Assembly: GCA_964634415.1 (NCBI GenBank)
Contig: CAZWLS010000001.1
Coordinates: 2,193 to 47,704 of the forward strand
DNA: 45,512 bases
From: an uncultured Roseivirgaceae bacterium
GTDB lineage: Bacteria > Bacteroidota > Bacteroidia > Cytophagales > Cyclobacteriaceae
Direction of reading: 5' to 3'
Position 1 is the first letter of the stretch; every line of letters starts with the position of its first letter. Position numbers and translations under genes: made by a program. The notes beneath the pieces were generated by a model. It was not told the origin of the DNA, did not search any database, and was given only the letters and a program-made list of their open reading frames with translations. This document shows positions 29,336 through 38,344 of this stretch, piece by piece.

Positions 29336-29844
29336 AACACATCAATAATTGCATTGACAGTAAATCCACCTACTTTCCAAGCTATTATTCCTCCCAAAAT
29401 AATCGAATAGAGAAGCTTCAGAGTAGTGGCTGCTACAAATCCCAAAAAAGATCCAAAACCTGATTTAAATGCTGATCTGATACGGTTTCCACCGTATAAA
29501 TCTCCAATAATTGCTCCCAATAATGGCCCTAGAATTATTCCAAATGGTATGGGAAGTAATATACCAGCAAGCATTCCAATCATTCCTCCGATCACTCCCG
29601 CTTTAGTGCCTCCGAACTTTTTAGTCGCTGCTACGGGAAGCACATAATCCGCTATCGTTATGATCAATCCAATGATGCCCCAAACTACAAATGACGTTGT
29701 GCTAAACTCTGTATCGTTAGCAACTGCGTGAGTACTTATCATAGCACAGAAAGTAAGAACAGGTCCTGGTAATGGAGGTAAAATTGAAAAGATAATTCCT
29801 CCAGCAATCAATAGTACAGAAAGGATAATTAGTAATGCTTCCAT
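29332..29844 (-). CDS. DUF456-family membrane protein
   Basis: LPPLPGP, DY......KKFGGTK.G..G, GIILGP.LGA..G. Confidence 0.8.
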   Translation of the reverse strand: MEALLIILSVLLIAGGIIFSILPPLPGPVLTFCAMISTHAVANDTEFSTTSFVVWGIIGLIITIADYVLPVAATKKFGGTKAGVIGGMIGMLAGILLPIPFGIILGPLLGAIIGDLYGGNRIRSAFKSGFGSFLGFVAATTLKLLYSIILGGIIAWKVGGFTVNAIIDVF

Positions 29845-30422
29845 TAAAGATCTTTAAATATTGTTTCCTTGATTGTTGACCACTCAGATTTAACGATGCT
29901 GTAAACTACTGTATTTCTTCTTCGCCCACCCCGAGTAGAACGATGATTTCTTAAAGTCCCATCATGCTTAGCTCCAATTTTCTCCATTGCCTTTCGAGAT
30001 CTAATATTTTCTTCGTCGGTCCTAAGCTCAAGTCTCTCAATCTTCATCACCTCAAATGCATGTCTCAGCATTAAATACTTCATGTGTTTATTTAGGCCGC
30101 TACCAATATATTTTTTACCTAGCCATGTCCAGCCAATCTCAATGCAATGCTCCTGCCAATCAATATTCCCATAACTTGTAGCTCCGATTATCTCCCCCGT
30201 ATCTTCTAACCTTACAGCATAGGTCATTTTTGACTCTAGTTGGGTTTCTTCCAGTCTTTTTGTCATCCAAGTCTCTAGGGCATCTGGATCAGTTAAGTCT
30301 TCGGTGTACCAAGTCCATATATCTGAATCAGAACTTAGTCTCCTCATCTGTTGGATATGATCCTTTGTAATAGGAAGCAGCGAGATCTTACGATCGCTGA
30401 GAGTAACGTACCATTCCTTCAT
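29844..30422 (-). CDS. GNAT N-acetyltransferase (RimJ/RimL type)
   Basis: IEIGWTW, GSGLN...K.LML.HAFE, N.RS.KAMEKIGA..DG.LR. Confidence 0.88.
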   Translation of the reverse strand: MKEWYVTLSDRKISLLPITKDHIQQMRRLSSDSDIWTWYTEDLTDPDALETWMTKRLEETQLESKMTYAVRLEDTGEIIGATSYGNIDWQEHCIEIGWTWLGKKYIGSGLNKHMKYLMLRHAFEVMKIERLELRTDEENIRSRKAMEKIGAKHDGTLRNHRSTRGGRRRNTVVYSIVKSEWSTIKETIFKDL

Positions 30423-30508
30423 CGCCTTTTTGTTTTTAAAGAAAAGGTAAAAGCGATGAATTCAGAACTGATAGATGTAAAAAGAATTTATGAAATATTA
30501 AGCCTACT

Positions 30509-31240
30509 TTATTTCATTGAAGCGAAGCTAAATTTCTTAGCTCCATTAATAGTCCAACTATCACTGGCTTGTGAATAAACAATCAAACTCGCATCCTCTT
30601 CTTTTAATCCTTCAGGCAGTTGCAGGGTAAACTTATTCTCTTTCCCGTCAAAACTTCTGGTATCAAATGAACGAACTACGTTATCGTGTGAGAGTCTTCT
30701 TCCTCTATTCTCCCCACGCTTAACATCCTGAGCAAGATTTTTTTCAACGATGGCAACATTTATTTGTGAATTAGTTGAATTCTTAGATTGAACTGTGAAA
30801 GAAAGAGCAGCGCCGGTCTTTGATAAAATCGACACTTCCAGTTCTATCTGAGGGGTAGATCCACTTTCTAAACTTAGTGCTCTATACCATTCAGACCTAC
30901 TTGATCCTACAAATTGATGTTTGCCGTTCACAATCATTTGTGGTGTATATATAGTGTTTAGATTGAATTTTCTTCCATAAGCTCTTTGCCTCAATGTATA
31001 ATCGCTGCTAGCATATGGATCTTTCCATCCGATATAGTCCCAATAGTCTACATGGAAAGACAAACCCAAAACCTCAACATCTTCATTTTGATCTGACACA
31101 ATACTTGAAAGCAGTCTATCTGCCGGAGGACAACTCGAGCACCCTTCAGAGGTGAAAAGCTCAACAACCACAATTGGCTTATCCTGACCGAATGAAACAT
31201 AAGACAAAGAAGCAAATAGGACGATGTAAATAAATCTCAT
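30509..31240 (-). CDS. Secreted thioredoxin-like DUF1223 protein
   Basis: Signal peptide; VELFTSEGCSSCPPAD, FHVDYWDYIGWKD, YTPQ, GENRGR.L.H.NVVR. Confidence 0.88.
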   Translation of the reverse strand: MRFIYIVLFASLSYVSFGQDKPIVVVELFTSEGCSSCPPADRLLSSIVSDQNEDVEVLGLSFHVDYWDYIGWKDPYASSDYTLRQRAYGRKFNLNTIYTPQMIVNGKHQFVGSSRSEWYRALSLESGSTPQIELEVSILSKTGAALSFTVQSKNSTNSQINVAIVEKNLAQDVKRGENRGRRLSHDNVVRSFDTRSFDGKENKFTLQLPEGLKEEDASLIVYSQASDSWTINGAKKFSFASMK

Positions 31241-31448
31241 ACCTTTAAAATCGAGAATCTATTTTCGTTTGTTTACGATAAATGCAAATTGTAATCCATG
31301 TGTATTCAATAAGACACTTTTTAAGCCCCATTTAATTAAGAAAACTAGGTGTCATATCGAAAAAGACTTGCAAGCTTCTCCAATGCTTTAAAGGGGATTT
31401 CACAGATACTAAATCAGAAAAAGATCCATTCCTACCTAAACTTTTCCT

Positions 31449-32609
31449 TTAATATTCAAATACACCTTTCTCAGATTGAATGATTAACTCCTTCTTATCC
31501 GACTCTTCAACCCTCCCAATTACTTGGGCATCTACATTAAAGGATCTAGAGATTTCTACAATTTCATCAGCAGACTCTTCTGCGACATAAACCTCCATTC
31601 TATGTCCCATATTAAATACTTTGTACATCTCTCTCCAATCGGTTCCACTTTCTTCATGGATCATTTGGAATAGTGGTGGAATCGGAAGCATGTTGTCTTT
31701 CACCACTCTTACATTATCTACAAAATGTAAAACCTTGGTTTGCGCTCCACCACTGCAATGAACCATGCCGTGGATTTCTGATCGCAGCTCCTTCAAAATC
31801 GACTTAATTACTGGTCCATAGGTACGTGTGGGAGAAAGTACAAGCTTGCCAGCATCCAAAGGAGATCCATATATGGGATCAGTCAATTTTTTTGAGCCAC
31901 TATAAACTAAATCTTTAGGAACACTGGGATCAAAAGACTCTGGATATTTTTCAGCATAAATTTTGTTGAATACATCGTGACGAGCTGAGGTTAATCCATT
32001 ACTGCCCATACCGCCATTGTATTCTTTTTCGTAGGTAGCTTGACCATACGATGACATACCTACAATTAAGTCTCCAGGGCGAATATTTTCATTATTGATA
32101 ACATCTGCTCGCCTCATTCTTGCCGTCACCGTGCTATCAACAATAATGGTCTTAACTAAATCACCTACATCCGCTGTCTCACCTCCTGTCGATTTGATAT
32201 TCACACCATTGTCACGAAGCATTTGAAGTACTTCTTCGGTACCATTAATAATTTCTGAGATGACTTCACCTGGTATTAGATTTTTATTTCGTCCAATCGT
32301 TGAAGAAAGAAGAATATTGTCCACAGATCCTACGCAAAGAAGATCATCAACATTCATGATTATAGCATCTTGTGCTATTCCTTTCCAAACACTAAGATCT
32401 CCGGTCTCTTTCCAGTAGAGATAGGCAAGAGAAGATTTGGTTCCTGCGCCATCAGCATGCATAATAGTACAGTACTCCGGGTCTCCGGTAATATCTTCAA
32501 CGATTTTGCAAAAAGCTTTTGGATAGAGGCCTTTGTCTATATTCTTGATTGCCGAGTGGACATCCTCTTTATCTGCTGAAACCCCTCTTTGGGCATACCG
32601 ATCAGTCAT
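31449..32609 (-). CDS. purM: Phosphoribosylaminoimidazole (AIR) synthetase, Bacteroidota type
   Basis: RYAQRGVSA.KEDVH, HADGAGTKS, GGETADVGD, GMGSNGLT, HCSGG, VFNMGH. Confidence 0.9.
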   Translation of the reverse strand: MTDRYAQRGVSADKEDVHSAIKNIDKGLYPKAFCKIVEDITGDPEYCTIMHADGAGTKSSLAYLYWKETGDLSVWKGIAQDAIIMNVDDLLCVGSVDNILLSSTIGRNKNLIPGEVISEIINGTEEVLQMLRDNGVNIKSTGGETADVGDLVKTIIVDSTVTARMRRADVINNENIRPGDLIVGMSSYGQATYEKEYNGGMGSNGLTSARHDVFNKIYAEKYPESFDPSVPKDLVYSGSKKLTDPIYGSPLDAGKLVLSPTRTYGPVIKSILKELRSEIHGMVHCSGGAQTKVLHFVDNVRVVKDNMLPIPPLFQMIHEESGTDWREMYKVFNMGHRMEVYVAEESADEIVEISRSFNVDAQVIGRVEESDKKELIIQSEKGVFEY

Positions 32610-32639
32610 GCTGTTTTTTCTTGCAAAGAAAAAACTTTA

Positions 32640-34616
32640 TCAGTTCCCATCACCCGAATCTTTAAAGAATCGATCGTATTCATCTACAGGTTCATCCGGA
32701 GGTAGCTCGTCATCCCTATCTCTAGGATTGTATCTTAATACTTTGAATTCAGTTCTTCTATTTCGCTGATGCTCTTCCTCTGTCTCCGCATCTTTAATAA
32801 TCAATTGTGTTTCTCCATACCCTTTCGCTGTTATTCGCTTTGCATCAATTCCTTCATTGATGATATAGCTGACTGCAGATTGGGCTCTTTGTAGTGAAAG
32901 TCGAAGGTTATAATTATCGTCGGCTCGATTATCCGTATGAGATCCAAGCTCGATGAATATTTCAGGGTTATCGTTCATTATTTGAACCAAACTATCAAGT
33001 ACCAGGGCTGCATCAGGTCGGATGTTTGCCTTGTCCAAATCGTAATAAATATTTTCCAACACAATAGCTTTTTCCAAAACGATCGGATCCATCATGATCT
33101 TAGTTTCAAAATTCACGTCAGTAATGAACTCAGTAAGAGTCGTCTTATCCACTGTTTTACCAATGGTGGTAAAGTCTTTTCTAACAGTGAAGTAATCTGT
33201 CTTTTCACTTATTAGATCATAGTGTTCCTCAGGATAAACTCTAAAATTGAAACTTCCATCGGCGCCAGTAAAAGCCTCATCCAGAACCTCACCATTATCT
33301 GTAGTCAACGAAATTTTAGTATTCGGAAGAATAATTTCTTCACCGGCATCATCTGTTGTCACCGTAATACCCGTTAGGAAATAGTTAACCACTTTCAAAT
33401 CCGGATCATCATTGATGAATGTATAGATATCATCATCTCCCTTTCCCCCTCTTCTATTGGACGTGAAAAACCCTTTAGTCAAATTAAACTGGTATAATCC
33501 GAAATCATCAGCTGATGAATTCATCGGTTTCCCTAAGTTTTTTACTGTAACATGCCCACCTTCTCTAATGGCTTGAAAAATATCTAGTTTACCAAAACCC
33601 GCATGACCATCTGAGGAGAAATAAAGGCTTCCATCTTTGCTGACATATGGAAAAACATCATCACCGGCACTATTAACCTCAGGACCCAAATTTCTAACAT
33701 CAACCCACCTTCCGCGTCGGTTTACTTTAGCTTGATATAAATCTGCACCACCATAGCCTCCAGGTCTGGTTGAAGAAAAATAGAGTGTAGTGCCATCAGG
33801 AGAAAATGCCGGAGTAGAATCCCAAGCTTCAGCAACATTAATAGATAATGGAACCGGTTCTGACCATTTCCCATTTCTATACCGCGTGAAAAACAAGTTA
33901 ACCTCACTATAACCTTTCGCTTTCCCATTGTTGCCTTTTGCAAAGATCATTGACGTGCCGTCTGGAGAAATAGCAACAGACCCTTCATTGGTGTCGAGGT
34001 GATTAATAATGGGATCCAAAGGCCCTAATGTGCTTATGTTAACATTAGCTCCTTTCGAAGCGACTCGATAAATATCTGTGAAAGGCGTTCCGGTGGTACG
34101 ATAAATTTTGGACACATCTCTGTTGGAAGTAAAGTAGAGGTAATTGCGACTAAAAACTGGAGAATACTCAGCGCGCTCTGTATTTATATCCTGGAGATTT
34201 TTAACTCTGTAATAGCTTTCACGCTCATGCAAATCATCAATTTCTCTAAGGTTCTGAATTTCCTTTTCCGCTAAAGCTTTAATTTTTTCATTTCTAGCTC
34301 TAGGCACATAATTGTCTAGTACTTTCTGGGCTTCATCATATCTCTGTTCTACTTTCAAACCCTGCGCTAAATAAAGATTGGCTGCTTCATCAGTCGTCCC
34401 TTCTTTTATGGCAGCCTCATAAAACGGTATAGATTCAACCGGTCTGTTTGATTTGCGGTAAGCGTCGCCCACCATGATGTTTTCTTCAGGGGAATTCTTT
34501 TCAGGAGAGTCTCCTAGCTTGGAGATTACTGCATCAAATTCAGCATTATTCATGCTCTTTTCAATGGAACATCCAAAAATTGCTAAGGTGATAAATAGAT
34601 ATTGTAACGCTCGCAT
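32640..34616 (-). CDS. Lipoprotein with TPR, PD40/WD40-like repeats and C-terminal OmpA domain (PorE-like architecture)
   Basis: Lipobox LAIFGC; repeated LYF.S.R.GG.G..D.Y; NIYYDLDK, IELGSHTD.R, NRRTEF. Confidence 0.88.
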   Translation of the reverse strand: MRALQYLFITLAIFGCSIEKSMNNAEFDAVISKLGDSPEKNSPEENIMVGDAYRKSNRPVESIPFYEAAIKEGTTDEAANLYLAQGLKVEQRYDEAQKVLDNYVPRARNEKIKALAEKEIQNLREIDDLHERESYYRVKNLQDINTERAEYSPVFSRNYLYFTSNRDVSKIYRTTGTPFTDIYRVASKGANVNISTLGPLDPIINHLDTNEGSVAISPDGTSMIFAKGNNGKAKGYSEVNLFFTRYRNGKWSEPVPLSINVAEAWDSTPAFSPDGTTLYFSSTRPGGYGGADLYQAKVNRRGRWVDVRNLGPEVNSAGDDVFPYVSKDGSLYFSSDGHAGFGKLDIFQAIREGGHVTVKNLGKPMNSSADDFGLYQFNLTKGFFTSNRRGGKGDDDIYTFINDDPDLKVVNYFLTGITVTTDDAGEEIILPNTKISLTTDNGEVLDEAFTGADGSFNFRVYPEEHYDLISEKTDYFTVRKDFTTIGKTVDKTTLTEFITDVNFETKIMMDPIVLEKAIVLENIYYDLDKANIRPDAALVLDSLVQIMNDNPEIFIELGSHTDNRADDNYNLRLSLQRAQSAVSYIINEGIDAKRITAKGYGETQLIIKDAETEEEHQRNRRTEFKVLRYNPRDRDDELPPDEPVDEYDRFFKDSGDGN

Positions 34617-34693
34617 ACAGAAATAACGAAAATATTGCCCGGATGATTTATCCGAAATTAGTTAAACCTGAAACAAGAACCGAACTAAAAGCC

Positions 34694-35179
34694 CTATAGA
34701 AAAAATCTCTTAACCCATGTAGCACCGCTTTCCATAAGCCATCGGGACTTAAATTCTGCTACGTTCTTTACGGTATTGTCGAAAACAAGCGTCTCTGGAG
34801 AGATTACATTATCCTTTGCTTGCTCCTTTAGCTTATTAAATGGATACAAGTTGATTTTATCATTTTGCAAAAAAGCAACCTTACTTGTAGTCATAAAAGA
34901 AATACCTAACTCTGACTGTAAGGCCTCAATCAAATGGACAGATGCATCGATACTACAGCCGCTAGCCTGACTGAATGACTCATCCACTGAAATGACTAAA
35001 AATTGATCATATTCTATTGTAAAGGAAGATTTTAAATCTTGCCCGTGAGCTCGCCATTGGTTCAAAAAATTTTCAGTATTAAACCTTACAAACTCCACTT
35101 CCTTATCAGTAAGTTTTCTTTCCGCTTGATAAATCCACAAGCGAGCCTCTTCTGGCATTTCGTTGAATGAAATAAGCAT
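34694..35179 (-). CDS. Conserved Bacteroidota hypothetical protein (SGCSID motif)
   Basis: RLWIYQA.R, W.AHG, ASGCSIDASV, VFDNTV; co-oriented directly after the Fe-S pair. Confidence 0.75.
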   Translation of the reverse strand: MLISFNEMPEEARLWIYQAERKLTDKEVEFVRFNTENFLNQWRAHGQDLKSSFTIEYDQFLVISVDESFSQASGCSIDASVHLIEALQSELGISFMTTSKVAFLQNDKINLYPFNKLKEQAKDNVISPETLVFDNTVKNVAEFKSRWLMESGATWVKRFFL

Positions 35180-35180
35180 A

Positions 35181-35975
35181 TCAATCCAAACCTTCAGATT
35201 CAGCTATGAGTTCCGCTAAGTCTTTCACTTTTACAGAATCTTCCTTCTCCTTGTTTTTAACTCCATCTGCCATCATAGTCATGCAAAATGGACAAGCAAC
35301 AGCAATAGTATCCGCTTTAGTCTCTAGCGCCTCCTCCGTTCGTTCGATGTTGACTTCCTTATTCCCAGGTTCGGCATCCTTAAACATTTGTGCTCCTCCA
35401 GCGCCACAGCAAAGACCCTTTGTTTTACATCTCTTCATCTCTACTAGCTCGGCATCAAGGGCTTCTAAAACAGCTCTGGGAGCAGAATAAACATTGTTCG
35501 CTCGACCAAGAAAACAAGAGTCGTGATATGTGATCTTACGGCCCTTAAATTCACCCCCTCCTTTTAATTCAACCTTTCCTTCATTGATTAACTCTTGCAA
35601 AAACTGAGAATGATGTATGACATCATAATTGCCCCCCAATTCAGGATATTCATTTTTCAAGGTATTGAAGCAATGCGGACATGCTGTTACGATCTTTTGT
35701 ATTTCGTAACCATTGAGAACTTGTATGTTGGCCATTGCTTGCATCTGAAAAAGAAATTCGTTGCCGGCTCTCCTTGCAGGATCTCCAGTACAAGTTTCTT
35801 CAGGGCCTAGCACAGCGAATTTCACACCAACCTTATTCAATATTTTAACAAATGCCTTGGTGACATTTTTATATCTATCATCATATGAACCTGCGCATCC
35901 AACCCAAAATAGGACGTCCGGCTTCTCTCCTTTTGCTACTAAATCCGCTACTGTAGGTATTTGTATATCACTCAT
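35181..35975 (-). CDS. CCG-domain Fe-S protein (FadF/HdrD C-terminal-like)
   Basis: LFWVGC, CTGDPARRAGNE, TACPHC, YHDSC.LGR, CCGAGG, ACPFC. ATG at 35975 overlaps the upstream stop (ATGA). Confidence 0.9.
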   Translation of the reverse strand: MSDIQIPTVADLVAKGEKPDVLFWVGCAGSYDDRYKNVTKAFVKILNKVGVKFAVLGPEETCTGDPARRAGNEFLFQMQAMANIQVLNGYEIQKIVTACPHCFNTLKNEYPELGGNYDVIHHSQFLQELINEGKVELKGGGEFKGRKITYHDSCFLGRANNVYSAPRAVLEALDAELVEMKRCKTKGLCCGAGGAQMFKDAEPGNKEVNIERTEEALETKADTIAVACPFCMTMMADGVKNKEKEDSVKVKDLAELIAESEGLD

Positions 35976-37282
35976 TTTCCTTCTTTTAATTCGTTTGACC
36001 AATTGAATCTGTCCTGAACCCCAAACTTCCATGGGGCAAAATTTGTCTCCACATTTTGGAACATAGCATTCCATGAATCAGGCGCTGCCGATTCCTCCAT
36101 TGCCACATACCTCCTGGTTTGCAGGATGATATCCAGTGGGTTAATGTTTACAGGACAGGCTTCCACACAAGCATTGCAATTCGTGCAAGCATTAATTTCT
36201 TCTTTAGTAATGTAGTCTCCAAGCAATGACTTACCATCATCTAAACCATTCTTGCCAACATCTTCCAGCCTGTCTCTTGTATCCATCATAATTTTTCGTG
36301 GCGACAATTTCTTACCAGTCAAATTGGCCGGGCATTCAGATGTACACCTACCGCATTCCGTACAGGAATAAGCGTCCATCAAATTCTTCCATGTTAGGTC
36401 ATTCACATCCTTAGCTCCAAAACGCATCCCTTCGGGAGGTGGTGTAGAATCGCCTTCAACCGGCATTCCCAACATGATTTTTACCTCATTGGTGATTTCA
36501 TTCATGTTGTTCATTTTACCCTTCGGCTCTAGTCGGCCATAGTACGTGTTTGGGAATGCAAGAAAAATGTGTAAATGCTTTGAATAAGTTACATAAAGGG
36601 CAAAAGCAAATATTCCGACGATGTGAAACCACCATGCAGCTCGCTCAATTAACACCAAGGTTGAGTCATCAAACTGTGACATCCACCCAAACATTGTAGT
36701 ACTAAAAAAGAAAGACCCTGTTAGCGTATAATGATCTGCACCTCGCTGTTGCAAAATCTGATCTGCACCGTTCATTCCCAATATCGCAATCATTAAAAGT
36801 GTTTCAATCACGAGTATTAGGTTCGCATCTAATGATGGCCAGCCAACCATTTCAATTTTCTTGAATCGGTTGATTCTTAAAACGTTTCTTCTAATTAGGA
36901 ACACCAAGCAAGAAAAAATTACACCTAGAGCAAGAAATTCAAAGAAATTTATCATTCCAGTATAAACACTGCCTAAAATGGGTGCTGCTACTCTGTGAGT
37001 TCCGAAGAGTCCATCTATAATGATCTCAAGCACTTCAATATTTATCAGAACAAACCCGACATAAATGAGCAAATGCAAAAAAGCAGGGATTGGACGCTTA
37101 AACATCTTCTTCTGACCGAATGCAACTAAAATCATGTTTTTTAGTCGCTCATTTTTATTGCCAGAGAGGTCAACTTCTTTTCCAAGCTTAATATTCTTAG
37201 AAATCTGCGAAATTCTGCGATATATGAGGAATCCGAAGAATCCTAGGATCAGTATAAATACGATTTGAGGGATATATTCCAT
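35972..37282 (-). CDS. Membrane-bound 4Fe-4S dicluster oxidoreductase (FadF N-terminal-like)
   Basis: Five TM segments, SKHLHI, CTECGRCTSECP and CTNCNACVEACP. Confidence 0.9.
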   Translation of the reverse strand: MEYIPQIVFILILGFFGFLIYRRISQISKNIKLGKEVDLSGNKNERLKNMILVAFGQKKMFKRPIPAFLHLLIYVGFVLINIEVLEIIIDGLFGTHRVAAPILGSVYTGMINFFEFLALGVIFSCLVFLIRRNVLRINRFKKIEMVGWPSLDANLILVIETLLMIAILGMNGADQILQQRGADHYTLTGSFFFSTTMFGWMSQFDDSTLVLIERAAWWFHIVGIFAFALYVTYSKHLHIFLAFPNTYYGRLEPKGKMNNMNEITNEVKIMLGMPVEGDSTPPPEGMRFGAKDVNDLTWKNLMDAYSCTECGRCTSECPANLTGKKLSPRKIMMDTRDRLEDVGKNGLDDGKSLLGDYITKEEINACTNCNACVEACPVNINPLDIILQTRRYVAMEESAAPDSWNAMFQNVETNFAPWKFGVQDRFNWSNELKEGK

Positions 37283-37321
37283 AATACTTTAAAAAAATCT
37301 TCTACGAACTTCAATTTATAT

Positions 37322-37351
37322 TTTGCCTTTTCAAAGAAATACCTAGTTTTG
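37322..37351 (+). promoter_or_regulatory. Bacteroidota -33/-7 promoter for tRNA-Phe
   Basis: TTTG (37322-37325), an 18-nt spacer, then TAGTTTTG (37344-37351), ending 14 nt before the tRNA. Confidence 0.65.
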
Positions 37352-37365
37352 CCAACCCAAAATTT

Positions 37366-37438
37366 GGTGCTGTAGCTCAGTTGGTAGAGCATCGGACTGA
37401 AAATCCGTGAGTCGGTGGTTCGAATCCACTCAGCACCA
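37366..37438 (+). tRNA. tRNA-Phe (GAA)
   Basis: Cloverleaf: GGTGCTG/CAGCACC acceptor stem, GCTC-AGTTGGTA-GAGC D arm, CT-GAA-AA anticodon loop, GGTGG-TTCGAAT-CCACT T arm. CCA is not fully encoded (CCT follows). Confidence 0.97.
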
Positions 37439-37447
37439 CCTTTTAAC

Positions 37448-37477
37448 AAGCCACTCTTTTTAGGGTGGCTTTTTTTA
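37448..37477 (+). terminator. Rho-independent terminator after tRNA-Phe
   Basis: AAGCCACTCT-tttt-AGGGTGGCTT hairpin followed by a T run. Confidence 0.85.
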
Positions 37478-37635
37478 TGCCCTAACGCTTCCTCATTTTG
37501 ATTCCACTCAACAACAACTAAAGATAATCCCATCTTACTTCTGAAGTTAGGTTTTTTTCTTTTTTGGTGTTGAGATAAGGATTCAATCATTTCTAAGTGA
37601 CTCTTGAGTCTCGAAGATATATCAATTCTTCAATT

Positions 37636-37653
37636 TAGTATGCATGCATACTA
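37636..37653. promoter_or_regulatory. Perfect 18-bp palindrome, putative transcription-factor site
   Basis: TAGTATGCATGCATACTA equals its own reverse complement; intergenic. Confidence 0.55.
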
Positions 37654-37686
37654 TTTTTAGAAACCTTTTAAATAAGCTTTCGTATT

Positions 37687-37706
37687 AATATACCGATCGG
37701 TATATT
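37687..37706. promoter_or_regulatory. TetR operator 1 (perfect 20-bp palindrome) overlapping the -7 box TATATTTG (37701-37708)
   Basis: AATATACCGATCGGTATATT, immediately upstream of the tetR ATG. Confidence 0.8.
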
Positions 37707-37712
37707 TGCGAT

Positions 37713-38306
37713 ATGAGTCGAAATCCAGAATTAACTAGGCAATTAATAATAGATAAAGCACTTCCCATTTTTAATACTAAGGGATATGCCGCGGCTTCTA
37801 TATCTGACATAACAGCAGCAACTGGGATTACGAAGGGAGCGATTTACGGGAATTTTAAAAATAAAGACGAAGTAGCAACCGCAGCTTTTGAAAAAGGAGT
37901 TGAAATTGTTGCTACCGAAATCGGTAAAAGAGTTCGAAAGGAAAAAACTGCTCCAGATAAGCTTAAAGCTATTGTGGAATTCTATCAGGAGTATATAAAG
38001 GAGCCTCCAATTCCAGGTGGATGCCCAGTAATGAATTCGTCGATAGAGGCAGATGATAGCTTGCCATTCTTACGATCAAAAGTGATTAGATCAATTGCTC
38101 TCTTGAAAGACTCTTTAATCAAAATGGTAAATAGAGGAATTCTTGAAGGACAAATAAAACGTGACGTTGATGCAGAGGAGTTTGCGAATTTTTTCTATTC
38201 CGTCATTGAAGGAGTAACATCATTGTCAAGAATTGAAGGTGATGGTAGATCATTCGCGTTTGTGAAAAAATTTGTTATAAAACAGATTGAAGAAATATCC
38301 ATTTAA
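37713..38306 (+). CDS. TetR/AcrR family transcriptional regulator
   Basis: N-terminal HTH: F.TKGY...SISDI..ATGITKGAIYGNFKNK; GGCP..N in the C-terminal domain. Confidence 0.93.
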   Translation: MSRNPELTRQLIIDKALPIFNTKGYAAASISDITAATGITKGAIYGNFKNKDEVATAAFEKGVEIVATEIGKRVRKEKTAPDKLKAIVEFYQEYIKEPPIPGGCPVMNSSIEADDSLPFLRSKVIRSIALLKDSLIKMVNRGILEGQIKRDVDAEEFANFFYSVIEGVTSLSRIEGDGRSFAFVKKFVIKQIEEISI

Positions 38307-38321
38307 AAAAATTTAGTCATT

Positions 38322-38341
38322 AAAATACCAATCGGTATATT
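38322..38341. promoter_or_regulatory. TetR operator 2
   Basis: AAAATACCAATCGGTATATT, 18/20 identical to operator 1, ending 3 nt before the hydrolase ATG. Confidence 0.75.
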
Positions 38342-38344
38342 GCT

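Noticed and set aside
35976-36074. N-terminal extension of the CCG protein (MECYVPKC...)
   Set aside because: It overlaps the upstream gene; the ATGA-coupled start at 35975 is more plausible.
37249-37590. 113-aa minus-strand ORF
   Set aside because: It is the antisense reading of tRNA-Phe and its terminator (GGAEWIRTTDSRIFSP is a typical tRNA shadow translation).
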